From NCBI GenBank assembly GCA_002269645.1, contig NIVC01000172.1, forward strand, positions 272,558 to 336,557: a stretch of 64,000 nt of DNA, given 5' to 3'. Position 1 is the stretch's first letter. Each line of letters starts with the position of its first letter. Below, piece by piece: positions 26,343-37,903 of the stretch. The translations under genes and the position numbers were made by a program. The notes under the pieces are model-generated. The model did no database searches and had not been told where the DNA came from. It saw nothing but the letters and a program-made list of their open reading frames with translations. This stretch comes from Macrostomum lignano (taxonomy: Eukaryota).

Positions 26343-27502
26343 GGGTCTATGAAATTTGCTTGTGAGAAGTTTGCTTGCCAAAGTTTGCTTGCGGGACTTT
26401 TGCTTGCGGAATTTTGCTTGCCAAAGTCTGCTTGCCGAACTTTGCTTGCAGAATTTTGCTTGCAGAATTTTGCCTGCCGAAGTTTGCTTGCCGAGCTTTG
26501 CTTGCTGAACTTTGCTTGCTGAACTTTGCTTGCCGAATTTTTCTTGCAGGAAATTTACTTGCTGCACATAAGCTTGCCAAAGTTTGCTTGCAGGAAATTT
26601 GCTTGCCGAACTTTGCTTGCAGGAAATTTTCTTGCAAGGTTTGCCAGTCAAAGTTTTGCGGAACCTTAAAGAACCTATTTTTGAGCTCTTGTATTTCTAA
26701 TTTTCATTTTCTAAGATTTGTGGAAGTCGCCTATAGTGTTATGATTTTGTATGAGGATATGGCGGATTATTAATTACATTTTATATACTAAAATATTATT
26801 AGTATATGCATTATTATACATTAGCATCACTGCAATTATCATACCTGCTCAATCGTGCTGAAATCAGGAACTACAAAAATTTATACTGTTACCAATCCCT
26901 ATCTATCTACCTATACTAAATCTCTAAGCATTCTATATACTACATTCTTAGAATGAAACTCTATAAGCCTAGTTTGAAAGCTGAATGTCAAGTCAGTTTA
27001 CGTCGACCCTGATAAGAATCCACTCGCAAAGCATCTGTAGTAAGTAACAATTGACTGACCAACTTTACAAGCAATCAAAACAAGCAAGCAAACAAGAAAA
27101 TAATTCTGCAAGTTAAAACCTTGCGATTGTGTGATTGCAAATTTCTAGAAAGCAGACATCAAAATTTCGCAAGCAAAGTTTGGCAAGCAAAATTCCTACA
27201 AGCAAAGCTCGGCAAGCAAACTTTGGCAGGCAAAGTTCCTGCAAGCAAATTTCCTGCAAGCAAAGTTCGGCAAGCAAACTTCAGCAAGCAAAATTCCACA
27301 AGCAAAGTTCGGCAAGCAAAATTCCGCAAGCAAACTTCGGCAAGCAAACTTCGGCAAGCAAAGTTCGGCAAGCAAACTTCGGCAAGCAAACTTCGGCAAG
27401 CAAAGTTCGGCAAGCAAACTTTGGCAAGCAAAGTTCGGCAAGCAAAATTCCTGCAAGCAAAGTTCGGCAAGCAAACTTCCCGCAAGCAAATGTCGTACTC
27501 CC
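26343..27502. mobile_element. Non-autonomous foldback-type DNA element with internally repetitive inverted arms (GCAAGCAAA-type repeats) and an 8-bp TSD
   Basis: Left end GGGTCTATGAAATTTGCTTGTGAGAAGTTTGCTTGCC versus reverse complement of right end GGGAGTACGACATTTGCTTGCGGGAAGTTTGCTTGCC. ATATGTAT flanks both sides (26335-26342, 27503-27510). Arms about 300 and 360 bp around an AT-rich spacer. Confidence 0.85.
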
Positions 27503-27664
27503 ATATGTATAATAGCTATAAATACTATACAATATATAATTTTTTATTTAATAGAGGCAGGGGGGTTGTGTGCACCCTAGTGCACTTTAAGCAACATAGG
27601 CACACAACCAGCGAGAGTCATTACTGCCCATTCCACTAATTCCCCTAAGTAGGCATACAAGCAT

Positions 27665-27765
27665 GCGGATACGTATGCAGGCACACACTTATACAGGAGT
27701 GTACAGCGGCCCTAAGTTTATTTATTGTTAGGCATGTACACTTCACTGCACCTTGGGGGTTAGCT
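27665..27765 (-). mobile_element. Second, decayed copy of the SINE body seen at 10545-10635
   Basis: CAGGAGTGTACAGCGGCCCTAAGTTTATTTATTGTTAGGCATGTACACTTCACTG versus CAGGAGTTTACAGCGGTCCTGACTTTATTTATCGTTAGGCATGTACACTTCACTG. Confidence 0.75.
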
Positions 27766-28209
27766 GCCTTTTGATATCAACAATGTTGGGAATAGGTCCA
27801 ATATTTTATTATTCTAATAATATCACCAATACCATTTGCGTATGTAAGTATTAGACCTTAACACTTTTAGCAGCATCAACTATAGTATTATAATACTTTT
27901 TTAAGTTTAATATGCCTATATGTATTCTAACACTTTTTTATAAAAGAATATTATTCTTTTTATATTTAAACAAGCTGTTGAAACCTGCAGATTTTGAACC
28001 CAGGAAATTCTAATCCCCGGAACTATTTTTGCATGTATTCAAAGATCAAACTCAAACAAAAACTTGTTAATAGTTAGGATAGAGTTAAATATAAAATAGA
28101 ATAAATTTGTATAAAATTAGGATTTAAGGCAAACATGGATATTGTTGGCTGGGATGCTGCATAGAATGTTAGGCAAACTTTGGCCTCTATCTCTGCCTTT
28201 CCCTACATC

Positions 28210-28615
28210 CCTTGGATCATTTGAAACTTCTATCTTCTCTTCTGTTTCCTCTTTTCTCTCACATCTTTTCTCTCTCTCCTCTTATTTCCTCTTTTCTTAT
28301 TCCTCTCTCCCCCTCTCTTTCCCCTGCCTATCTCCTCTCTTCTTTGTCTTTTCTAATCTCTTTTCTTATCTCCTCTCTGCTCTTTCATCTCTGCTTTCTT
28401 GTCACTCTTTTCTACTCTCCTTTCTTATTAATCCTGTCTCATCTCTCCCCTCTTTTCTCTCCCTCTTCTCACCTTTACTCTTTCCTCTCCCTCCTCTCTC
28501 CTTTCCTCTTGCTTATTCCTCCCCTATTCTCTGCTCTCTCCTTATCCCCTGTCTCTCCTCTTATCTTCTATCATTCTCTTATCCCCTCTCTTGCCTCTCC
28601 TCTTTTCTAATAGTT
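28210..28615. repeat. Degenerate polypyrimidine (CT-rich) tract in FMR1 intron 1
   Basis: Overwhelmingly C/T on the + strand. Confidence 0.85.
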
Positions 28616-30322
28616 TATTCTTTCTCCTTTCCACTTGCATCTAGCTTGTAGCCATGAGCTGGATTTTTTATCTGGCCTTTGAGGTTAATGAGCCAATCCC
28701 TGCTTCAAAAGCCAATTTGTGGGACATAGTACTATCATGGTTGTTATCATTTCTTATGCTTTAATCACCTCATCTTTTTGGCCAATTAGTAGCCCTGAGA
28801 GAAATTTGTGTATTTCCAGCTCTATTGCAGTTTGCAGTAGTCTAGCAACCAAGGACATACACATTTCTTGAGAGCCATTTAAATTTTAAAGTACCTTATG
28901 CAAATTTTAATGTTAAAATTTTATGGTATAACTAATTCAGTAGGATTGCATTGTAATGGGTTATTCATTAATTTTTTGCTATTTTTACAAACCATCCTAC
29001 ATCGCCTTGATTTGCTATCAACTGTTAAATTGCTGCAGACTTATCTATATAGAGGACAATGGTTTGAATCTCTCGCTAAACTTTCATGGCCACAGATACT
29101 ATAAACACTATGTTTATAATATTTGTGGTCATGGCTAAGCATAGCTTCTTCACCTGCTGGGGTGCAAAGAAGGCTATAAAAAAGCTATACCAAAACAATG
29201 TACATTCATTATATACACTGAGCCCTATTGTTAGACCCTTAGTCTAGGCTAGGGAAGGAAGTGAGTGAGTGGCACAAACAACAGAAAAAGCAAACAAATT
29301 TCACATGCTTACAGTTTCCATTTTGATTGAGTTACAGAGCTGAGATTTTATATTTAGACTACAGATTCTAGAATAACTAAATAGGCCACTTAGTAAATTT
29401 GTGTTAACTACTTTCAGTTTAATAGAAAGTTAAACAGAAGCATTTTAATGTATTTTTAAAGCAAAGGCTCATTCACTGGCAGTTTTTACTCCTAGCATAA
29501 ACCCTCCAACCTTTCCTTTTCACACTACCTCCACCCTATCCAAATTTCCAGCCTAAAGCTGCCTTGTTTGTTTCAGTGGACTTGCCAAAGTACACTATTG
29601 TAGAACTAATTAGCAACCTTTGGCTCGAAGTGGTCTCGCAACCTTTGTGGGCTGCAAACGGAGGCGATGGAATGCGCGTGGCAGGAATGCAACCCAGAAA
29701 CGAGCACAGTTTGACCACATGCTCATGCATTTTTGTGAGCATCATTGCGCTGTCAACTGCCGCACTATCACACTGCTGGCTCTTCGGTCCAATCATTGGC
29801 TCTTCATCTGCAACCTCAACCTCTGCAATCCATTCTACTGTCTGCCAAAGCAGCCATTGCGGTGCTATTACTGCATGCTCAGAGCCACCGATATGCAGCA
29901 TTGCTTTGCTAGCACCTTTAACACTACGCTAGGCAACAAGCATAGAAGTGCCAAGTATGCGGAAGTGTGCACTGTAGTCAGAACCACCGCGGAGCAAGCA
30001 GTTCTGATGATGCAACCAGCTCAATGTGGGCAGCTAGTCTGGCAGGATGACCTTGCAATTCAGGCAGCGAGGGAAGATCTGGAGAGGCTCCACTTGAGCA
30101 GGCAACTCTGGCGACTGTCTACCTATAGCGCCAACAACCACAACATAACTTTAAAAAAAAGAATATAGGCATATTTAAAAGAAATGATTATATATTATAT
30201 TTATATTTATAAGTTCTTTCATGGTTGCTATGCAAGGATAGAATTCTTACTTGGGGGTAAGAAAATGTGCACGCACGTTTTTGGAGCAGCGTGCAAGTGT
30301 GCACATTAGCTGTAAAAAAAGT

Positions 30323-30970
30323 TAGTGTTCAACTGTAGCCGTAGCTACGGCTATGGGATCCTATAGCAAATATGGTAAAATAGGTGCCTACAGCAGCCAA
30401 GGATATGCCTACAGTAGCTAGCTACTCTTACAGCTACAACTATGGAAATATGGTAGTTGTTGTCACATTCCGTAGATTCCCATAGCCATAATTATTAATG
30501 TTAAAAAATTGAAAAAATATTAGAAACAGGTAGAGTAAAACAAAGATACTTTTAGTAAACTGTATTATCAACTTAGAAACTTTTAAAATATACCTAAAAA
30601 CTACAATAAAACACTAGCAAACTCTAATTTTTTATTAATGTGAAAAAGTTCAGCATTAGTACTTTCAGTAATGATTAAGTATTGTTGCTCTAAAAAAGAT
30701 GAAATATAATCTTACAAAGGCAATCAAGTGTTTCTTTTATTTTCTAACTTAATTTGCACTAGGTTATCTTCTAACTTAACACTAGGTTATCTTCTTGATT
30801 CAAAATATTTTGTTTTCTAGACTTTTTGTTAAAACTATGGCTACGGGAACTATAGGAATGTGGTAATATTGGGGTCCCTATAGCTATGAAATATGGAGGA
30901 TTGGAATAAGCCATAGTTTTGCTTATGGCTACAGCTATGATACATGGACCCTCCTTATGGCGGAACACTA
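30323..30970. mobile_element. MITE, hAT-like termini TAGTGTTC...GAACACTA
   Basis: 8-bp terminal inverted repeat; direct flank AAAAAGT on both sides (7 of 8 bp of a TSD); internal inverted match CATTCCGTAGATTCCCATAGCCATA (about 30466-30490) versus CTATGGCTACGGGAACTATAGGAATG (about 30836-30861). Confidence 0.6.
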
Positions 30971-32279
30971 AAAAAGTCATGCAGATCATGGCCTATGTGC
31001 TAAAAAAAGATATTTCTAGTTTTTCAATTCTATGCTGACATAAATTAAAAAGTTGTACTTTAAGTGTCTAGTAGCTTGAACACTATTTTTAGAGAAAATT
31101 CTCTAAATAATTCTCTAAATAATTAATCTAAATCTAAATAATAATTCTCTAAATAATCTCTAAATAAATAATCATAATTCTTTAAAAATTATGAGTTTCA
31201 CTAAACTTTAAAGAAATTTTTTTTCTAAAAACTATTATACTTTGTTTTACTTTTGTTTTGAAATTTTCTGGCATAAAAACAACTTTCCAGTCTATGAAAA
31301 ATAGGAGAACTTGAGCATGCATACATCACATAACACATAACCATGTTGAATGCATGTAAAAATCCTGTTTATGATTCTGTGGCAAACAGTTTCTTATGCA
31401 ACCACATACGAATGGAGCATGCACACACCTTCTTTAAGAGCGCACAAGTAGGTTCCTTTTTAGCACATAAGCGTGCATGAATTTGACAAGCGGCACAAAT
31501 GCATAACAACTTTTGTGCAAGAATTCTATATATTATAATGTGCACAAGTAATACATCTTTTTGTTTTTTTATAACTATTCTTATTAAGTAGGATTTTAAT
31601 ATGGGATATAAGATTAAAATTTATTGTTATAACTTAGGTCTATACCAATAATATAGGATTTTAATTGTTAAATAGTTTGAATTTGAATTTATTAATTAAT
31701 CATTTGATTTAGACTCAACTAAATCCTTGAAATTTTAATTTCAATTTAATATAGGCTAGACTATACAGTTGTATAGGTTAAAATAAAACAAATATAAAGT
31801 ACTAAGCTATCATAATCCAGTTAAACTCGACAAGTAGTTGAAATCGCATAATAATTATTTTGTTTAATTATTAATTTATAAGTTTAAAATTTAATATGAT
31901 TGTAACAAAATGCTGATTGTGACTTTACTAAGAAGTGCCAATACACAATAATAGTGAACAGCAAAGTTAAAAACTAGTAATTTTTGTTTGTAAGTCTTAA
32001 ATTTTTGCAATAGCCATAGGCTACTTTTTTGAGTATCATTATCAAAATCATCACTTTAGATCATTACTTTTTTGAGTATTGATATCCAAAACTAAATACC
32101 AATATGCTGTTATGCTTATATCGCCAGATATAATATCCAGACATAATATCTCTTTAATGATTTCTTGACAAAAGGAATAACACAACTACAACTAAGGCTA
32201 AGCCTAGAGCTATATAACAATGACAACAACAAAGCAACTCTTACCAACCTTCACAGCCATACAGAGAAAAAAGTCTTAC

Positions 32280-32342
32280 TTGTCTATATTCTCCACGAGA
32301 TCCTCTAACTTCCAGTTGCAAGGGTTGAGCCGCTTGAGCCAT
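32280..32342 (-). CDS. FMR1: FMR1/FXR-family gene, exon 1 (MAQAAQPLQLEVRGSRGEYRQ)
   Basis: Matches the FMRP N-terminus MEELVVEVRGSNGAFYK; ends at donor CAA|GTAAGA in phase 0, the position of vertebrate FMR1 intron 1. Confidence 0.85.
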
Positions 32343-33118
32343 TGAAGAAATAATATAAGTGAAATGATGTTACTAAACGACGACTGCAATATTTCTTTCA
32401 ATTTTTGTCAACGCAAATGAGAAAGACTTTACAAACCGGTATGAAACCGTAAAAATGAATAAGTATAAAGTGAGCAAGGTAGGATAGGATTGCTAATTAA
32501 GGCTTATTAAGCTAATGACAATTACTAAGTTTCAGGATAATTTACAGACCCCGTTCGTTTCGTTTCGTTTCGTTTAGTGTGATCGAATTTATTGTAGCAT
32601 TTCATCCATAAAGAAAAAGAAGGTGATCAACCACTTATGAGCTTTAATTTTTGAACTTTAAAACCATTAAATATAATTTGCGGCAGTTCAAATTAGGCAT
32701 TTACACTTTTAACGTTTTCTGCTTGAAGTATTGTTATAGCTAAATAAAAACCCGTCGATATACATGTCTTCACTTTTGTACTTTTAATGTATTCATAAAG
32801 AGAATGTAATGTAGGAATCTAAGAAAGAGTGGAATTTAATATAAATTACGATGTACATAAAAAACAATATGCGTTTTGAACCAGTTAATGTCAGTTAGTT
32901 GGCTGGCAAATAGCCGACTTAATTGAGGAAATTAACAAAAGTTACCGCCATGCCAGACACTAACAAGAAATTAGCCGTAGTCGTCCTTGATTAAGAAAGA
33001 TGAGGCTAAGATCTTTCTTTAATAAAAAACAGAAACTATGTTTCCTATCTTGGCAAGGTAATTTCGGTAAACCTGCGACGTATAGTTATGAACATGAGTT
33101 GTACATATTGCATGTGGC

Positions 33119-33264
33119 CAGTGTTTGGGCAAGTTACATTGAAAAAAGTAACTTCCGGTTAAGTAACTTCCGGTTCCAGGAAAATTAACTTCCTGCACTT
33201 TTTCCGGTATCGGTACTTTTTAAAAAAGTAATTGCCGGAAGTGCCGGAATTTTGCCCAACACTG
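33119..33264. mobile_element. 146-bp hAT-type MITE with a perfect 8-bp TSD
   Basis: Ends CAGTGTTTGGGCAA...TTGCCCAACACTG; CATGTGGC duplicated at 33111-33118 and 33265-33272. Confidence 0.9.
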
Positions 33265-33610
33265 CATGTGGCCGGTCAATAATAAGCTGTTGTGAGATGA
33301 GTGCCAACATATTGATTCGCATTGATTAAGAAATGTATTTTATGCAGAAACTCTGTTAAATGAAAGCCCTAGTTTGACGATTGATAAAGCAATGTGAAAA
33401 TTCCCTATATACAGTAGTGTATGTTTTTTACAGTATTTAAATACACATACTTAAGTTACATTAGATCTAAACATTCCAACAGACTATACTTGAGAAGATG
33501 TACATTTAAAAAACATGTAAATCAAAAGAAATAAGATTGGTCAGCTAAAGGGCCAATCAGGCTGATTAAATTTTTCGGGTTTGCACGCCCCCTAAGCACA
33601 GCTCAGCGTT

Positions 33611-33985
33611 CTAGCTGGGACTCGCAGGTAACTTGCGCAAGGCGCAGTAGACTCCCAAGTGCAGGGTCTCTGTCGCCTGGGATATAGATCGAGGCAACGA
33701 GGCACTCCGTGGAGAGAGATGATTAGATTGGATGACACAGAGGTCTCCATCTGAGAGATCAGTCCTCAGCCAAGCCCGGAGATGGCTGGCAGCGAGGATA
33801 GCCGCTCTAGGGCGGCTGTTCCCCGGGCCACACACATAAAAGTCAGAGTAGCCAGAAGGAATGTTGGGCAACTTACCATTGCGCATCCAGGGTCCCTGGA
33901 TCAGGATGAGGCCTGGCCCGTACAGCTCATCAGATTTACTGACGCAGATACGCAATGCTGTAGATTTATTTGCAGACAGAATTTC
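33611..33985 (-). pseudogene. Apurinic-like endonuclease N-terminus of LINE ORF2, frameshifted and truncated
   Basis: LQINLQHCVSAS, then after a frameshift LILIQGPW...SRPRAAIL...LSDGDLCVI; these match the non-LTR APE motifs QxNLxH, DxxLIQEPW, PRAxI, SxxDL. Confidence 0.8.
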
Positions 33986-34144
33986 GCTCCTTTGGCAGCG
34001 TGTGGAGCTTTATTTATGCTGTATTAAATGCAATAGCTGGTTAGAAATCCGGGCCATCAAGGAGACTTGGACAGCAAATCGTCCTCGTCTCAGGCCGTTG
34101 GGGCTTGACTGGAAGATGGGAGTTGGTCGACGTCCATGGCCTCC

Positions 34145-35558
34145 TCACCCCCACCAGCCCCCCCCCCCAGCAAAGTCCTCGGGCTCCGATGACAGGATGG
34201 AGGAAGCTTCCTCATCTGCATCTTTGCCTTCAGACCCCACCATAGTGGCCGAGGAGAGCTTGGATTCTGAAGACCCGGCCTTATCCTCAACTCCTTCTCC
34301 GACTGGCAGGTTCGGTTCTCGGGGCTTGGCCGGAGCCGTCACCGCGGTCGTCGAACTGCTGCTAGCAGAGGGGCGAGACGCAGCTCCGGCTTTGGGATCG
34401 GCTTGCACCTTTCCTTGGGCCTTAGACTGCGCCCCGCTCTTGCTGGAGATGTCGGGGTTGGCAGTAGCCTTCCCTTTGGCAGACTTTCCTCGGCGCATCT
34501 TGAGCTTGAGGGCACCCAGCTGGAAAAAGGATCCATTAGGGTACCGACTCGCCCAAGCGTTGGAAAGGCCGAGGACAATTGAGTTGCCCGTCTCCCCCCT
34601 GCGGACTTTGCGGTGATACACCAGTCCACTAGCAGGGAGGTCGGGGTTCAGACGCAGTAGGACCCGGCGGACAACGTCAGGTCCAGCTGCGGTGCTCTTA
34701 GCAGGGACAAAAACCACATAGGGTATTGTCTTTGGACGCCGGCCTTTGCGAAGAAAAAGAGCTCCAAGGAGCATCCAAGAAGACTGTCGGCAGCCGCTGG
34801 AGCAGCTGCTGAGCGTCCTCCTCACTACTAGAAACAATGAGAACGAATGTGCTTCGCAGCACCATCCGCTCAATGCCGATGGAGATTCCCTCCTCGACAG
34901 TCAGCTCAATCAGATAGGAGTCAATGGCCCTCCACACTTTTTGAAGCTGATCAGTGATCCAGTCCTGGTCGCGACCTAGAATGATCACTCCTGGGATTTC
35001 GGCCTTGGCCTTCGCCGCAAATGTAGCTCCCGAAGGAACCTCCTTGTTGGCAGTGGCCATTTGTTGCGCCGTGGTTTCGGCCTCAGCAGCCGCAGCAGCA
35101 TCTCCAGGGAGCGCCACCGCTGAACTACCGGAGCTTCCACCGGCCGGCCCGTCTGGTTGCCTTGGGACGCCAGTCGCTTCAGCATCTATGGTGGACGCCG
35201 CTTTGGCCCCCGCAGCTCCCTTCTTGGCCTGCCTTTTGGCGCGTTGCTTAGCGCGTTTGCGCTCAAGCCGAGCCCGCTGAGCTTCGTCGGATCTGCCAGA
35301 TTTGGCCGGTCCTTTAGGCTCAGAGCCCGCGGTTCCCTTAGATCCACCAGCGGAGCTGGCAGGTCTTTGAGTACTTTGGTTTTTGTAGCTCTGGTCGGAT
35401 CTGCCAGCAGAGCCAGCCGGTCCTTCCTTTGCCACAGTTGCATCAGTCAGTTGGGATCTGCCAGCAGGGCCGGCCGGTCCTTCTGACTGAGGTTGGGGTT
35501 TAGAAGGGTCCCCATCCCTAGATTTGGTTTGTTTGTCCATAGTCGGCTCGAAGGCCAT
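34145..35558 (-). pseudogene. LINE ORF1 (gag-like, DUF4780-like), frameshifted near 34750-34800
   Basis: Two overlapping ORFs (34698-35558, 34145-34873) join into a low-complexity N-terminus followed by VVFVPAKSTAAGPDVVRRVLLRLNPDLP...GNSIVLGLS, resembling ORF1 of R1/LOA-group elements. Confidence 0.6.
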
Positions 35559-37604
35559 GAAAAAGGTTGGTGGGCTACCCTCGAAGGGGCGCGGTACCCA
35601 CCCGGCCGCTCCACCTGACCGGGCAGTAGGCCAAAAGAACCCTCAAGGCTGGCCCGACACCAGGAGGGGGACCGCCAGCGACCGGACTACTCCCCGGCCT
35701 TCCAGCCCATCGGCACGGTCGAACACCTTAGGCATTAGAGGGTACGTTGAGCAGTACCACGGCCTGCGGACTGGTAGCCAGACCCGCATACCCAAGTTCG
35801 GCAAAAACCACTGGATGGGTCACCAGCGCCGGAGCCCTAGGGTCTGCCTTGAACACTCGCGGGGACGAGTACCCCTGAGTCGGCTTGCGAAACAGCGTGG
35901 GGGGGGGGGTCTGCGGCTGCCAGCGGCAAATAGAGGGTGCAGACCTCCCACCAGCCTTGACCTGCTGAAGATAGGGGCAGGCGTGGAGCATCGCAGACCT
36001 TAGCCCATGGGCCTGGTCTGTCTCATACTGTCTCATTCTGTCTCATAAAAGTCTAGGCTAAGCAAGATAATAAAGCATTGGCATAATGTACTGAAATGTA
36101 TATCGCCATACACAATTCACAATACAGCATAGGAGGCCTGGCTAAAGTGCAACACAGGGCCCAGCTAAGCTCTATTCATAGTGCATATTGTCTTTTCAGA
36201 TGCAGTAACAAAAATAGTTAGGCTACTAGGCTTTTTACGAAGATCGGTTCCAGAACCAGAATCGGTAGGAAAGTGAAAAGCTTCGAACCCATTTTATGTT
36301 CGTCAGTCTTTATAATTTAATTAAGTCTTTCATTGACTTCGCTTCGTCTTGGATATGACAAAAACAGAGTGCTAATATATCAATAATAAAAAATGACAAC
36401 TTAAAATATATTTTACTGTTAAAGTGTAAACATGGCAACCGATCAAGAAAATTTCTCAAACCGAATTCCAGAATCGGATCACGGTTCTGGTACCGATTCT
36501 GAAAACGGAACAGACAATATGAAAAGCTTCGAACCGATTCTGATTTTGGAATCGGTAATATGAAAAGCCATTTAAGATTGACTTCTATCTACCCTCTACC
36601 TTTGATAAAAAAACACAAAAATGTTGCGAACAAATTAAATACTTTGAATCGTGCAGTCTAGAAAGGTCAAGAATGTGACAATATATGAAAACAAAATATA
36701 AGCGAAAAGAAGCTGATTATACTCAAATAAAATGTTTGCATATAATTTTTTTGCATTCAATAGTTAATTCAAATTTTCATAATTATTCTGTTATTTCTTT
36801 CTACATTTATTAGTCGATTTTACGTCACTTCACACCCATGCCCAAAGCTTATACATTTGTTAGTTTTGACTTTAATAAACAGGACTGCTCTAGAGAGAGT
36901 GCTCTCAAAAACGAACTTCTATACTATCTGTGAAGTTTTTAGTATAATATATAGCCTCAACTATCGGTTAATTGTAAAAAACAGATTCGCCATTAAGTTG
37001 TAACAGATGCAATTGAAATTGTAATCAATTGAAAAAGTTGCAATTATGGTGTGTAACGAAATTGCAATTTTTTACAATTTTCTTGCATTATATCGATTTT
37101 TAGCGCGATCCCACTCATCTGGTGCTTTGGGGGAGAAACGCCGCGACTACCCTTTATGACTTCCCCCCAGCGCAGCTCACGCGTTTTACAACGTTTGCCT
37201 TGCCTGTTTATTGAAAATTCCTTCGACAAAGCAAAAGCAAAGCAAGAGTAGCTTTCTTTGTAAAGAAATTTAGCTAGCCAAAAAAGAAATCGTGAATGCT
37301 CGCCCATTTTTCGAATGTCTTGAACGTACGTTGGCGCGAAAGCCGCTAAAACTATAAAAAAAATACAACATCCGGCTGCTGAGATTAAAATTGTTGGCCT
37401 TGTCTTGCAGAGCTTAGACAAATACAGAATCTGTGCGTTTTATTTTAATCATAAATTGGATGCCAGTCAGATTTTTACGTGTGGTGGCAGATGTCAGAAT
37501 TCGTGCAAAAAATCGCCAAGCAGAAATTGGCAAATGCAACTGACTGACTTTGGACGGAAGCAACCTTCGACTGTGAATTTGAATTTAGATTTTCACTCAA
37601 CATA

Positions 37605-37903
37605 ACGATCGTGGCAAACGATCTATCCAGGCCCTCGGGGTCTTTTGAAGCTTCACAATACATGTAGCAATCCGGCCCGCTCAAGGCTTGTGTCTCTTCT
37701 CAGCTCTCTTCTCTCTAATCTCTTCTCTTCTCACGCACTGTCCTGTCCTCTCCCCTCTCATTTATTCATTCGCCTCTCCCTTCTCCAGCTATTTCTCTGT
37801 TCTCAATTCTCTGCCCTGTCCTCTCGATCTCTGCCCCCTGGCCCGCAGACATGCGCTAAATTCTCCATCTGGCCGTTGAGTTGAAAAAGTTTGCCGACCC
37901 CTG
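37605..37903. mobile_element. Probable decayed hAT-type MITE (right terminus recognisable)
   Basis: Ends TTGAAAAAGTTTGCCGACCCCTG (reverse complement CAGGGGTCGGCAAAC..., a common hAT terminus) with internal GGCCCG motifs; left end degenerate, no TSD found. Confidence 0.4.

Larger units (their letters stand above)
33600..36030 (-). mobile_element. 5' portion of a non-LTR retrotransposon (R1/LOA-like): GC-rich 5' UTR, ORF1 and the start of the ORF2 endonuclease; no reverse transcriptase
   Basis: Sharp GC-rich island in AT-rich flanks, with ORF1 and APE motifs (listed separately). Clade assignment from remembered motifs only. Confidence 0.75.

Noticed and set aside
35560-36030. HDV-like self-cleaving ribozyme in the LINE 5' UTR
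   Set aside because: Several hairpins are present (for example GCTGGC/GCCAGC and GGTCTGC/GCAGACC), but I could not fit the nested double pseudoknot (P1.1 GG, catalytic C, P2). An RNAMotif or Infernal search is needed.
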